A stretch of DNA of 64,000 nucleotides from Marispirochaeta sp. (GCA_963676835.2 CAXXFF010000003.1:160001-224000), one strand, 5' to 3'; shown: positions 47,914-58,787, numbered from the stretch's first letter. Numbers and translations: made by a program. The notes: a model not told the origin generated them from the sequence alone.

Positions 47914-47948
47914 AAAAGGACTGTCAATTCTCAGACAGTCCTTTTTTT
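47914..47948. terminator. Bidirectional terminator between ilvC and dxs
   Basis: AAAAGGACTGTC-aattctca-GACAGTCCTTTTTTT. Confidence 0.85.
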
Positions 47949-47997
47949 GGTTCTGAATATTTAAAAAAACTAATACCTGAAAACACTCAAAGAAGAA

Positions 47998-49941
47998 TCA
48001 GGCCCCGCCTACTTTTCTTGTATTACCGGAATAGATTTTGAGGGGTGAATCAATTGCCGCAAGAACCTTTTTCTCTATACCCGCAGAATCAAGGCCGAAC
48101 TCCTGAAGCAGTTCATCACGGCTTCCCTGAGCATAAAACTCATCGGGCAGACCATAATAGTTGAACCGGCAGCCAGGCTGATAATTCAATATTAGCGATC
48201 CCAGAGTTTCACCGATTCCGCCTATTCTTGCTGCGTCTTCGATGGATATAACCTGCTTATAGCTTTCAAAAAGATCAGCAATGTACTCTTCATCCAGGGG
48301 CTTTATAAAGCGCAGATTGTAAATATCGCAGTAAACACCTTTTTCGCGGAGGCTTGCTGCGGCAGCCATAGCCTGCTTCAGAAGCCCTCCGGTGGTTACC
48401 AGGAGAACAGAGGCCTGCCCTTCGGATAATACAGTACCTCTGCCTTTTATCCATGGGGTATCAAGCTCATCCATACTGACCGCAGCTGCCTTTGGATAAC
48501 GCACCATAACAGGGCCATTCCCTGCCATTGCATAATCCACAGCACCGTTCATATCCTGCCGGCACCCGGGAGAAAGAATAGTCAATCCGGGAACCGTTTT
48601 AAACAGGGCTATATCGTAAATACCCTGATGGGTTTCACCATCATCTCCAACTACACCGGAGCGGTCCAGGCCGAAAAGCACCGGCAGTCCGGGTAGTGCT
48701 ACGTCGTGTATGACCTGATCAACGGTACGCTGCATAAAAGTTGAATAAATTGCCGCCACTGGTCTGCATCCTGCCCGCGCCTGGCCGGCTGCAAAGGTAA
48801 CAGCGTGCTCTTCAGCGATCCCTACATCGTAAAAACGTTCAGGATACTTTTCCTGAAATTTATATAAGCCCGTACCCTTGGACATGGCAGCGCTTATGGC
48901 GGTAACATTTTTGTTATTTTCTGCATGCCTCATAAGGGCATCAGAAAATGCGGCGGTAAAACTGTAGGAACTTCTCTCCACAAGCTTCCCGTCTTCAACG
49001 GAAAAAGGGGCAATTCCATGAAACATGGTGGGATTACCCTCTGCATGTTCATAACCCCGGCCTTTGTGAGTAACCACATGAATTACTGTAGGCTTTCCAA
49101 TCTTCTTAACCTGCCGGAACACCTTACTCAGCTTGGCTATACTGTGACCATCAATGGGACCGACATACTCAAACCCGAGATCAGAAAAGATACTTTCCTT
49201 GAAAACAACCGCTTTCAGACCTTTTTTTATGCGTACCACCAGATCAAAAAGCTTCATACCGATAATGGGAAAGCCCTGAAGACCGCTGTCAATCTTTTCA
49301 CGAAGCCTCTGATAACGCTTGGTGGCAAAGGCCTGGCTGAGATAGTTGGATATCAGGTATTTGTGGCTGACTGAGAGAGCCCCCACATTCTTGCTGATGG
49401 ACATGGTGTTGTCATTAAGGATAACGATCAGCTGCTTGTTGAGATGACCCGCATGATTCAGACCCTCAAAAGCCATACCTCCGGTCATCGCTCCGTCCCC
49501 GATAACCGCAACTACAGCACTTTCAGTATCTCCCTGCACTTCCTGCCCCGCAAGCACACCAAGGGCTGCAGAAATGGAAGTGGATGCATGACCTGTTTCT
49601 ACAATATCATGTTCGCTCTCACTGACCTTGGGAAAACCGCTCAAACCGTCTTTCTTTCGGATTGTTTCAAACCTGTCATTTCTGCCGGTAAGCAGTTTAT
49701 GGGTGTAACACTGGTGCCCTACGTCCCAGATTATCTTGTCCTTGGGAGAGTCAAACTCTCGGTGCAGGGCAATACTCAGTTCAACTGCCCCGAGATTACT
49801 GGCCAGGTGCCCCCCGTTGCTTGATACTACGTCGATTATGCGCTCACGCAGCTCCTGTGCAAGTTTCGGGAGATCTTCTTTCTTCATTGATTTGAGATCG
49901 GCAGGACTTTTTATATTGGATAAAAGATTATTATCACTCAT
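47998..49941 (-). CDS. dxs: 1-deoxy-D-xylulose-5-phosphate synthase
   Basis: GGHLASNLG, DVGHQ, GDGAMTGG, DVGIAEEHA, DGETHQG. Confidence 0.95.
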   Translation of the reverse strand: MSDNNLLSNIKSPADLKSMKKEDLPKLAQELRERIIDVVSSNGGHLASNLGAVELSIALHREFDSPKDKIIWDVGHQCYTHKLLTGRNDRFETIRKKDGLSGFPKVSESEHDIVETGHASTSISAALGVLAGQEVQGDTESAVVAVIGDGAMTGGMAFEGLNHAGHLNKQLIVILNDNTMSISKNVGALSVSHKYLISNYLSQAFATKRYQRLREKIDSGLQGFPIIGMKLFDLVVRIKKGLKAVVFKESIFSDLGFEYVGPIDGHSIAKLSKVFRQVKKIGKPTVIHVVTHKGRGYEHAEGNPTMFHGIAPFSVEDGKLVERSSYSFTAAFSDALMRHAENNKNVTAISAAMSKGTGLYKFQEKYPERFYDVGIAEEHAVTFAAGQARAGCRPVAAIYSTFMQRTVDQVIHDVALPGLPVLFGLDRSGVVGDDGETHQGIYDIALFKTVPGLTILSPGCRQDMNGAVDYAMAGNGPVMVRYPKAAAVSMDELDTPWIKGRGTVLSEGQASVLLVTTGGLLKQAMAAAASLREKGVYCDIYNLRFIKPLDEEYIADLFESYKQVISIEDAARIGGIGETLGSLILNYQPGCRFNYYGLPDEFYAQGSRDELLQEFGLDSAGIEKKVLAAIDSPLKIYSGNTRKVGGA

Positions 49942-49978
49942 GACAACTAGAACCTCATAAGTTTGAGACTAAAAAACC

Positions 49979-50719
49979 TTACCGCGGCGGTGCGGTAAAT
50001 ATCAGATCTATCATCTGGTTAATATACTGTAATAATAGATCACGGCGTACATCATTTTTCAACTGCAGAGTATTGGAAGGAACCGCTTGCGGTGCTGTCA
50101 GGTTATCAACAGCAGGACCCTCTTCTGCAGCCGGCACCACATCTGCTTCAGCATTCGGCTGGCTTACTTCTGGGATAATAAAGCTGTCATTATCAAGTAC
50201 AGGAACGGCGGAGTCTTTAAAGCTGATAAAGCTCAACCTGCTGTCAGCAAGACTCTGGAATGGGATAAATCCATTTTCGTCAAACATGGACACTGAACCA
50301 GTTCCGGCAACTTCAATTCTTTGCGAAGCCTTTCCCACGCTGATCTGTCGGCTTCCCTGAAGCATAAATGTTCCGTCATCAAAGACCTCGGCGACCCGGG
50401 CAGATAGTTGACCGGTCATGGAGGATTCATCATCACCTTCAGCAGAGGAGATGTTTGTGGTATCACCGGAGGGAAGAAAACTGAAAAGCCCGCCGCCTTC
50501 ACCGCCCGAAAAGTTGAGCGCCACCGAAGAGTTATCCGAGTAGGATGATGTATAGGTGAATTGTGTAGACGAATCTATAATGACTTTAATAATTGTTCCG
50601 GGTTTTATTCCGCCGCCGGACTGTATGTAGCCCCTGAAATCGGCGGGAACAAGACTATCAGCACAAACAACACCGGAAAAAAGGATTAATGCCGACAGGA
50701 TTTTTAATAACTGCTTCAT
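49979..50719 (-). CDS. FlgH (flagellar L-ring)-like protein
   Basis: GTIIKVII, LSARVAEVFDDGTFMLQGSRQISV...IEVAG, LADSRL pattern. Confidence 0.55.
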   Translation of the reverse strand: MKQLLKILSALILFSGVVCADSLVPADFRGYIQSGGGIKPGTIIKVIIDSSTQFTYTSSYSDNSSVALNFSGGEGGGLFSFLPSGDTTNISSAEGDDESSMTGQLSARVAEVFDDGTFMLQGSRQISVGKASQRIEVAGTGSVSMFDENGFIPFQSLADSRLSFISFKDSAVPVLDNDSFIIPEVSQPNAEADVVPAAEEGPAVDNLTAPQAVPSNTLQLKNDVRRDLLLQYINQMIDLIFTAPPR

Positions 50720-50781
50720 ATGAAGTGTAAACAGGTCAGGGATCGGCACACTGAAAAGGTCCGCCAACCCCCTATCGCCTG

Positions 50782-50871
50782 TTATTTCTTCTTGTGTCTG
50801 TTCTTCCGAAGCTTTTTCTTTCGCTTATGGGTCGCGATCTTATGTCGCTTTCTTTTACGTCCGCAGGGCAC
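50782..50871 (-). CDS. 29-aa basic AURKAIP1/COX24-domain (bS22-like) small ribosomal protein
   Basis: GTG start, AAGGAG RBS; MPCGRKRKRHKIATHKRKKKLRKNRHKKK; absent from the ORF track. Confidence 0.85.
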   Translation of the reverse strand: MPCGRKRKRHKIATHKRKKKLRKNRHKKK

Positions 50872-51067
50872 AGCAACCAGCTCCTTTACTCAAAAATTTT
50901 CGGGTGAAAAGCAACCTTGTTATTCCATATAGGCAAGGTATGATAATCCCCGGTTCTTCAACAAGTTACGCAGCAGTATGCCTTCAAAACACAGGGAAAG
51001 TCAAGGGGCTTGATATTAGACTTATTCATGTTGAAATAAGCACACGCAGAAGGTATTATGATTTATA

Positions 51068-52018
51068 GTGGACAAGATTGCAAATAGTATTCCTGTTCGG
51101 TATACCGACAGCAGAATAAATGAACTGATAAAATCAGCAGGCAATAGTTTTGCCGAACTTCCCATACATTTTAATCAGAATGAGGAATTTTTCGTAAAAC
51201 TCCCGGTTGAAATAGAGATTCCACAGATCCCCGTTCACCATGATATCCGCAATGAAGTTCCTGAAGCTGCCTATCTTGAGTCTGTACAGAACATAGTTGC
51301 CTCCCTGATTCCTCATATGCCCGGATTTTTCAAGGATACGACCTACTTTTTTGATCCAGCGGAAGTTCTGCGTCCCTGTTTTTTCCAGATTTTTAAAACC
51401 CAGGAGCAGACCTATCTCTATCTGGGCCGCCTTGATCTCAGTTTCAGAACCCATGATGCCGAAATACTGGACCACGGCAGCAACGATTTTACTCCGGCCT
51501 ACAAAACCAGAAACTTTTATCTCGACTGCGATATTATACCGCTGGAAGAGGTGGTTCAGGATGGCGGAAAAATAACGGCTTTTGCCCTTAAACAGTACAT
51601 TTCCCAGACCTGGATAGGCGAAACAGGCCGAGGTTATTTTGTACAGGGAATATGGATTGACCATGAACTCACCAAATTCTTCTCAAGACTGTTTATTCCC
51701 GAAGGGAAATCAATTTACCCCTATTACCCTTTTACCTGTAAGTACCGATCCCTCTGTCATGCATTAATAGACTGTTCCCCCGCCGGTCGTAAACAGGGGG
51801 TGCCGCTGCTTAAAAAAGCGCTGGAGTTTCTTGAACCAGCCATGGACTCCATTCAGAAGCAGTTGAAACGGGAACCGTTTTCTCCCGACCTGCCTGTATA
51901 TAAAGCCCTTAAGTTAAAAGTAAACACAGCATGGCAGAGGCCCTGGATGAACATCCGTTTTAAGCGCTACCTCAACAGCCAGGACATGAAGGAGTTTGTT
52001 CTTGCGTCTCAAACTTGA
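51068..52018 (+). CDS. Hypothetical protein
   Basis: 316-codon ORF overlapping the murD start. Confidence 0.6.
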   Translation: MDKIANSIPVRYTDSRINELIKSAGNSFAELPIHFNQNEEFFVKLPVEIEIPQIPVHHDIRNEVPEAAYLESVQNIVASLIPHMPGFFKDTTYFFDPAEVLRPCFFQIFKTQEQTYLYLGRLDLSFRTHDAEILDHGSNDFTPAYKTRNFYLDCDIIPLEEVVQDGGKITAFALKQYISQTWIGETGRGYFVQGIWIDHELTKFFSRLFIPEGKSIYPYYPFTCKYRSLCHALIDCSPAGRKQGVPLLKKALEFLEPAMDSIQKQLKREPFSPDLPVYKALKLKVNTAWQRPWMNIRFKRYLNSQDMKEFVLASQT

Positions 52019-53417
52019 CGATATACCCGGACTGAAGGTCACCATTATGGGACTTGGTGTTCACGGCGGAGGCATTGCTTCCGCCCGATTTTTTGCAAGC
52101 CTCGGTGCAGAAGTATGCGTTACCGATCTCCGCTCACCTGATGTACTCTCCGCCTCCATGGATGCCCTCAACGAGTACCCGGTACATTTCCGGCTCGGCG
52201 AACACCGGGAAAGTGATTTTACCGGCGCGGATCTTGTAATCAAGAATCCTGCAGTTCCCCCGTCATCTCCTTATCTGGCAATGTCTCCCCGGGTAAGCAG
52301 CGATATCGGGGTTTTTCTCAGCCTTACCCGTCGCCCGGTGCTGGCCATAACCGGAACCAAAGGGAAATCGACCACAGCAAGTGCGGTGGCCCATGTTCTT
52401 CGCGGAATAAACCCGCTTACCGATCTTGGCGGAAATATCACCGTAAGCCCCCTATCCTTTCTCCTGGATCATATTGAAGGAAGCTCAATCAATGAACCGG
52501 ATGCCCCGGTAGTGCTGGAACTCAGCTCCTGGCAGCTGGCAGACTGTACTCCCAAGGAGATTCTTAATCCGGCTGTTTCTATGATCACCAATATCATGCA
52601 TGATCATCAGAACCGTTATTCCAGTTTTCAGGAATACGTGGATGATAAACGGCAGATATACCTTCATCAGGACAGTTCATCCACAGCTTTGTTTAACTAT
52701 GATGACCCCTACGGAGAGGAATTCAGCAGAGACTGTACTGCTAAGGTCAGTTTTTTCTCTTCGCATGTGCTTCCCGACAACATAGATGGGGCTTACCTGG
52801 ACAAATCCCGTGGATCCGCCGGATTCTTGCGAAAAAACGGTATAATTCAACAGATTCTCAATATAGACCTGAAGCTTCCGGGTGAGCATAATCGCTTGAA
52901 TATGCTGGCCGCAGCCTCCATGCTCCATGCATACGGTGTCCCTGCGAAAACAATACGGTCCGGGCTTTCCGATTTCGCCGGTATTCCCCATCGGCTTGAA
53001 ACGGTGGCTGTTATCAACGGCATAACCTGTATAAATGACAGCGCGGCAACCATGCCCCAGGCCGCTGCAGCTGCGGTAAACAGCTTTCCCGGGGGTGTAC
53101 ACCTTATTGCCGGGGGGACCGACAAAGATCTTGATTTTACCGGAGTATCTGAAGCTTTGGGAAAGACTAAAGGAATCTATCTCCTTGAAGGAGATGCCAC
53201 TCCCCGATTCCGGCAGGCAGCCAATGATGCAGGTGTCAGCTATAAAGGCCCCTATGGATCTTTGAAGGAGGCAGTGGATGCGGGACTTAAGGACGCTGAA
53301 GAAGGTGATACTTTGCTACTTTCTCCGGGATGTGCTTCGTTTGGTATGTTTAAAAATGAGTTTGACCGGGGAGATCAGTTCCGAGAACTGATTCGTCAGC
53401 GCCTGAGTCGTTTATAG
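51996..53417 (+). CDS. murD: UDP-MurNAc-L-Ala:D-Glu ligase
   Basis: GLGVHGG, ITGTKGKSTT, LELSSWQL, HRLE, NDSAAT, LSPGCASF...RG. Confidence 0.93.
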   Translation: MFLRLKLDDIPGLKVTIMGLGVHGGGIASARFFASLGAEVCVTDLRSPDVLSASMDALNEYPVHFRLGEHRESDFTGADLVIKNPAVPPSSPYLAMSPRVSSDIGVFLSLTRRPVLAITGTKGKSTTASAVAHVLRGINPLTDLGGNITVSPLSFLLDHIEGSSINEPDAPVVLELSSWQLADCTPKEILNPAVSMITNIMHDHQNRYSSFQEYVDDKRQIYLHQDSSSTALFNYDDPYGEEFSRDCTAKVSFFSSHVLPDNIDGAYLDKSRGSAGFLRKNGIIQQILNIDLKLPGEHNRLNMLAAASMLHAYGVPAKTIRSGLSDFAGIPHRLETVAVINGITCINDSAATMPQAAAAAVNSFPGGVHLIAGGTDKDLDFTGVSEALGKTKGIYLLEGDATPRFRQAANDAGVSYKGPYGSLKEAVDAGLKDAEEGDTLLLSPGCASFGMFKNEFDRGDQFRELIRQRLSRL

Positions 53418-54397
53418 TAGAAATTGCGGGCTTTTTCGGCTGTACGGTACAGGGTGTAGGCTGCTTTGTTTACCGGATAGTCCCAGCAGCCTGCCCTGTT
53501 GACAATCTGGCCTCCGAAACCGGTTTTAAAGCGGAAAAGACCATACATAGGCTCCCCTTCATCGGCCACCGGCGGTATCCCGAACATATCGTAGCTTTCA
53601 CAACCGTGTTCCCTGGCAATACGCATACCTTCCCACTGTAAAAGATAGGTGGGCATATAGTTCCGCTTTTCCGAGCTTGAAGCACCATACAGATAGGTAC
53701 TGCAGCTGCCATGAAGAACCAGAATATTTCCCGCCATAATCTCGTTGTCAATATCCGCAAGCAATAGGCGCACTGAAGGATTCTTCTGCTTCAGTCCCTC
53801 CTGAAAAACACGGCGGTAATACTCAAAGGAATGTATGGTTATTCCGTCACGTTCTGCTGTTTCCTCATAAATGGCATACCATTTTTCCAGCTCCGGCAGC
53901 CCCCCGGTACGGATACTTACACCTTTCCGTTCCGCGAGACGGATGTTATAGCGGGTTTTCCGCTTCATCCGGCTGAGGATTTCCTCTTCCGATTCTGCGA
54001 GAGAGATTAAAACAGTGTCCGGAGGCTGTATATCCACCAGGGATTTTCTGAACGGACGTTTCAGCCAGGTCTTGCGGTCTTCCCATGAATCAACCTGCCA
54101 GGGCAGGTCGAAGCGGATAAAGGTAACCGTATCAGGCAGATGCTCTGCAAGCTTGCCGGCAAAACCGGCAAAGAAGTGCGGGTCAACTTCCATCTGAGGC
54201 CCATGAGGCACATAGGCGATGGTGAATCCCCCTGGGAGCTTCCTGAGAAGGACCAGCATTGGATGTCCGTTAAACAGAAAGCTGACAGGCTCCCAGTCGA
54301 ACTTCTGTTTTACCCGTCCCCAATAGCCTGTCTGCAGCAGGTTGTCATGACCGTCTATGTCATCGAGAGAAACGGGCTCAAAAATCGCCCCGGACAT
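53396..54397 (-). CDS. FemAB/FemX-family peptidoglycan aminoacyltransferase
   Basis: KTRYNIRLAERKGV, YLYGAS, YDMFG, GLFRFKTGFGG. Confidence 0.9.
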   Translation of the reverse strand: MSGAIFEPVSLDDIDGHDNLLQTGYWGRVKQKFDWEPVSFLFNGHPMLVLLRKLPGGFTIAYVPHGPQMEVDPHFFAGFAGKLAEHLPDTVTFIRFDLPWQVDSWEDRKTWLKRPFRKSLVDIQPPDTVLISLAESEEEILSRMKRKTRYNIRLAERKGVSIRTGGLPELEKWYAIYEETAERDGITIHSFEYYRRVFQEGLKQKNPSVRLLLADIDNEIMAGNILVLHGSCSTYLYGASSSEKRNYMPTYLLQWEGMRIAREHGCESYDMFGIPPVADEGEPMYGLFRFKTGFGGQIVNRAGCWDYPVNKAAYTLYRTAEKARNFYYKRLRR

Positions 54398-54398
54398 A

Positions 54399-56591
54399 TC
54401 AGCCTACACTTCCCGTGCTGACTTTTGCGGTGGTAACTGCACCGGACTCTGCTGCAAGTGTTGTCCCGCCGATCTTGACTGCGCTGTTTTCCACCTTTAT
54501 GGGATGGCTGAAAAACTTATCGATGTTAATCCGCTTGGGCTCTTCGACGGGAGCCTTTTCGCCGTCAAGGAAAAGCCTGCTTCCAGAAGCAGCCTCAGGA
54601 AGAAAGAGCACTTCAAGCTCTTTATCATCTTCCGTGGAAGCCGCAAGCAGCATTCCCTGGCTCTTTATTCCCCGAAGCTTTGCGGGCTTCAGGTTATATA
54701 CAAGGATAATATTCTGTCCTGTAAGCTCTTCCGGGGTGTAGTGACCAACCAGACCGGATACGATCTGACGATCCTCATCTCCGACTTTAAGCTGAATAAC
54801 ATAGAGTTTATCCGCGTCGGGATGCTGTGCCACTTCCTGCACCGTTGCCACTCTGAGATCAACGTTTGCACGGAAGAATGATTCTGAAGTCTCTTCAGCC
54901 CCCTGCTCTGCCTCTTCTGCTGCGACATTCTTTGCCGCCTCCCGTTCCGCCTGGGATCCTGCAAAGCGGTCCCGCATGGTCTCGATCAGCTCATCTTCTA
55001 GCTTCTGAAACAGAATTTCGGGTTTCGCCACGGTTTCTACACCTTCGGGACTACCCAGAGAATTCCATTCGATTGAATCTATGCCGAGCCATCGGGCAAT
55101 TTTTTCAGAAGTTCCGGGAATATAGGGAGAAACAAGCACTGCAAGATCCCGGATAAGCAGTGTAAGATCCTTAAGCAGCCGTGCAGCCTCTTCCGGGGCC
55201 TCCGTGCGGGTACGCCAGGGTTCTCCGTCCTGAAACGCCTTGTTTCCCATTGAAGAGAGAGCAAATATCTCGCGGAAGGCATCCCGGAGTTCCGCCCGTT
55301 CCAGATGAGCGGTAATCTTCTCTTCATGAACCTTCACCTGCTCCCAGAAGTCTGTATTGCTTTCTGCTTCAGGCAGCTTGCCGTCGTAAAAACGGTTTAC
55401 GAATGTGAGGGTTCGGTTGACCAGGTTACCCAGATTACCTATAAGCTCACCGTTGACCTTCTCCTGAAAATCCTTCCAGGTAAATACCGCATCAGATTTC
55501 TCCGGGCGGTTGTAATAGACATAAAAACGCCAGACATCTGCGGGGATTCCCGTCTCTCTGGCATCTGTACCGAATACGCCGATCCCCTTGCTCTTGGAGA
55601 ACTTGCCGCTTTCATAGTTCAGGTATTCCGTGGAGGACATATGATGAAGCATAGTCCACTTCTCTCCGGAACCAAGCAGAGATGAAGGAAAAATAACCGT
55701 ATGAAAAGGAATATTGTCTTTTCCGATAAACTGAAAGAGTTCAACTTCATCGGGGTTCTTCCACCACTTTTCCCAGTCATCCGTATGGGTGGCACTGATG
55801 GAAATATAACCGATTGGAGCATCAAACCAGACATAGAAAACCTTGTCCCGGTAGCCGTCCTTCGGTACAGGGATTCCCCACTTAAGATCCCGAGTTATGG
55901 CTCTCTCTTTCAGACCGTCCCGGATCCAGGAGTTGGTCATCTGAACAGCGTTTCTGGCCCAGAAACCGTCTACCGAGGCTGTTTTAATCCACTCTTCAAG
56001 CCGGGGTTTTATGGCCGGAAGATCGATATAAAGGTGATGGGTAGTGCGTACCTCCGGTTCTGCACCGCAGGTGCCGCAGCGGGGCTTTTCCAGATCTGTG
56101 GGATCCAGCAGTTTTCCGCAGTTTTCACACTGGTCACCCCGGGCATCCTCATAACCGCAGTGAGGACATACACCCCGCACAAAGCGGTCCGCCAGGAAGC
56201 GGTCGCAGCTGATACAGAAGAGCTGGTCAATGCTGCCTTCTTTAATATAACCCTGTTCATCACAGCCTTTAAATATGGACTGTACAATCTCGGTCTGTTC
56301 GGGAGTTGAGGTACGGCCGAACTTATCGAAAGAAATATTGAACCATTTGTAAATTTCATCGTGGATTACAAAGTAGCGGTCACAAAGCTCTTTAGGGCTG
56401 ACCCCTTCCTCAAGTGCCCTGGTCTCGGTGGCCGTACCGTACTCGTCGGTTCCGCAGACATAGAGGGTTTCATAGCCTTTCAGCCTGCAGTAGCGGGCAA
56501 AAACATCCGCAGAGAGTACCTGTATAAGATTGCCAAGATGGGGAATATTATTAACATAAGGTAGAGCCGAGGTGATTAGTCGCTTCTTCAT
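54399..56591 (-). CDS. metG: Methionine-tRNA ligase
   Basis: ALPYVNNIPHLGN, zinc knuckles, YVWFDAPIGY, KFSKS, C-terminal tRNA-binding domain. Confidence 0.96.
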   Translation of the reverse strand: MKKRLITSALPYVNNIPHLGNLIQVLSADVFARYCRLKGYETLYVCGTDEYGTATETRALEEGVSPKELCDRYFVIHDEIYKWFNISFDKFGRTSTPEQTEIVQSIFKGCDEQGYIKEGSIDQLFCISCDRFLADRFVRGVCPHCGYEDARGDQCENCGKLLDPTDLEKPRCGTCGAEPEVRTTHHLYIDLPAIKPRLEEWIKTASVDGFWARNAVQMTNSWIRDGLKERAITRDLKWGIPVPKDGYRDKVFYVWFDAPIGYISISATHTDDWEKWWKNPDEVELFQFIGKDNIPFHTVIFPSSLLGSGEKWTMLHHMSSTEYLNYESGKFSKSKGIGVFGTDARETGIPADVWRFYVYYNRPEKSDAVFTWKDFQEKVNGELIGNLGNLVNRTLTFVNRFYDGKLPEAESNTDFWEQVKVHEEKITAHLERAELRDAFREIFALSSMGNKAFQDGEPWRTRTEAPEEAARLLKDLTLLIRDLAVLVSPYIPGTSEKIARWLGIDSIEWNSLGSPEGVETVAKPEILFQKLEDELIETMRDRFAGSQAEREAAKNVAAEEAEQGAEETSESFFRANVDLRVATVQEVAQHPDADKLYVIQLKVGDEDRQIVSGLVGHYTPEELTGQNIILVYNLKPAKLRGIKSQGMLLAASTEDDKELEVLFLPEAASGSRLFLDGEKAPVEEPKRINIDKFFSHPIKVENSAVKIGGTTLAAESGAVTTAKVSTGSVG

Positions 56592-56775
56592 AGACCACCA
56601 CTATATGTAATTATCCCCCAATTGACAAGAGAATCATGTACCCGTGTTGTACGAGTTTACTTGACGCCATGGGGGTCCGGGAAGTACCCTTACCTGTGTG
56701 CTTTTCGCCCGATACGGCGAAAAACCTATATCTAAAACCTAGATACAGTGCATGTAAAACCATTCAGGAGGTTAT

Positions 56776-57756
56776 ATGTCGGACCGTAATAATACACCGA
56801 AGGGAATACCCTTTCCGGTACGGCCGAAAATGATACTGCTGGCGATCGTTGTAATAGTGATCATCGGCACCGTCATGTCGAGCTTTTATGTAGTAGACCA
56901 GACCGAGCAGGCGGTAATACTGCTTCTGGGAAACTTCAAAACCATTCAGGGACCGGGGCTGCAGTTTAAACTGCCCTTCGGGATAGAAAAGAATTTCAAC
57001 GTACCTACCCAGGTTGTACAGACCGAACAGTTCGGGTTCCGTACAGAAAGAGCGGGAATCAACACTGTTTACTCCCGGGCGGATTTCCCCGAAGAATCGG
57101 TCATGCTGACCGGTGACCTTAACATTGTCGATGTTGAGTGGACCATTCAGTACCGCATCATCGATCCCCGGGCATGGCTCTTCAATGTTGAAAACCGGGT
57201 AAAGACCATCCGGGACGTTTCCCAGTCGGTGGTGAGCCAGTTAGTGGGAGACCGTACCATCTTTGATGTAATCGGACCGGAGCGTACCACCATCGAAGTT
57301 CAGGCCCAGGAGAACATGAATACAATTCTTAAAAACTACGGTCTGGGAATCAATGTAACCACCGTAAAACTGAGGAATATTGTTCCCCCGGAAGGTGCGG
57401 TGCAGGATGCCTTTGAAGATGTGAACAAAGCCATTCAGGATATGGAGCGCCTTATCAACGAAGGAAAAGAGCAGTACAACAAGGAAATCCCCAAGGCGGA
57501 AGGACAGGCTCAGCAGCTTATTCAGGAAGCCCAGGGGTATGCAACAGAAAAGGTTAACCGTTCCAAGGGAGACGTTGCCCGCTTTAACGCGGTTCTTCAG
57601 GAATACCGGCGTAATCCGGAAATTACCCGAAACCGTCTCTATATAGAGATGATGGAAGATGTTTTCGGTGCTGAAAACGTTCCGGTGGATCTTATCGACC
57701 GCAATCTGGAGAACTTTCTTCCCTTGAAGAATCTTCAGGGACAGGGGGGTATGTAA
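56776..57756 (+). CDS. hflK: FtsH modulator HflK
   Basis: SPFH domain, MLTGDLNIVDV, VQDAFEDV. Confidence 0.92.
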   Translation: MSDRNNTPKGIPFPVRPKMILLAIVVIVIIGTVMSSFYVVDQTEQAVILLLGNFKTIQGPGLQFKLPFGIEKNFNVPTQVVQTEQFGFRTERAGINTVYSRADFPEESVMLTGDLNIVDVEWTIQYRIIDPRAWLFNVENRVKTIRDVSQSVVSQLVGDRTIFDVIGPERTTIEVQAQENMNTILKNYGLGINVTTVKLRNIVPPEGAVQDAFEDVNKAIQDMERLINEGKEQYNKEIPKAEGQAQQLIQEAQGYATEKVNRSKGDVARFNAVLQEYRRNPEITRNRLYIEMMEDVFGAENVPVDLIDRNLENFLPLKNLQGQGGM

Positions 57757-58752
57757 ATGAGAAAGATGGTAACCGTACTCGTCGTACTCATTGTACTCCT
57801 GGTTATATTCGTAGCCCTGGGCCCCTTCTACATTCTGCAGGAAGGCGAACAGGCTGTTATTACCCGCTTCGGAGCTATAGTTGCCTCGTCTCAGGACGCA
57901 GGACTGAAGTTTAAAATGCCCATGGTGGATACTGTAACCCGCTACCCCAAGAGGATTCTCTCATGGGACGGCGATGCCCAGCGACTTCCCACCGCGGAAA
58001 ACCAGTTTATCTGGGTGGATACAACAGCCCGCTGGAAGATTGTTGATCCCCTTAAGTTTTACGAATCGGTAACCACAATCGATCAGGCCTTTGCCCGTCT
58101 CGACGAAGTTATCGACTCCTCGGTCCGCACAGTTGTTGCGGAGAACCCCCTGTATGAAGCAGTGCGGAACAGCAATGTTATCAACGAGATAGACAGGACC
58201 AGCACTATTCAGGCCGGAGCCGGGGCCGGGGAATCCATGGACGATGCCGCCCTTCAGGCGACTGCCATTGTGGATGAAGAAAAAACCTATCCGGAAGTCA
58301 AGAAAGGACGTAACAAACTGTCTGAAGAGATGTTTGCCGCGGCCAAATCGATAACTCCCCAGTACGGTATTGAGCTTATCGATATTGTAATCCGACAGAT
58401 ACGCTATTCCGACGACCTTACCGAAAGTGTCTACAACCGTATGATTGCAGAACGTAATCAGAAGGCCCAGGAATTCCGGTCCCGCGGTGAAGGTCAAAAG
58501 GCATTCTGGCTTGGAAAGCTCAATAACGAGCGGCGTTCCATTCTTTCCGGGGCGTATACCGAAGCAGAAACCACAAAAGGTAATGCCGACCAGGAAGCAG
58601 CATCTATCTACTCTGAGGCCTACGGCGCCAATGAAGAGTTTGCGATTTTCTGGCGCTCCATGGAGAGTTACCGTAATACCATGCAGAAGTTCAACAAGAC
58701 CCTTACAACGGATCTGGACTACTTCCGCTACCTCTACGACCCCGAGGGTTAA
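57757..58752 (+). CDS. hflC: FtsH modulator HflC
   Basis: VYNRMIAER, RSMESY, YFRYL. Confidence 0.92.
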   Translation: MRKMVTVLVVLIVLLVIFVALGPFYILQEGEQAVITRFGAIVASSQDAGLKFKMPMVDTVTRYPKRILSWDGDAQRLPTAENQFIWVDTTARWKIVDPLKFYESVTTIDQAFARLDEVIDSSVRTVVAENPLYEAVRNSNVINEIDRTSTIQAGAGAGESMDDAALQATAIVDEEKTYPEVKKGRNKLSEEMFAAAKSITPQYGIELIDIVIRQIRYSDDLTESVYNRMIAERNQKAQEFRSRGEGQKAFWLGKLNNERRSILSGAYTEAETTKGNADQEAASIYSEAYGANEEFAIFWRSMESYRNTMQKFNKTLTTDLDYFRYLYDPEG

Positions 58753-58787
58753 CTACTCTTTTTTAGTAGTAGTTTTTAGAGAGCATT

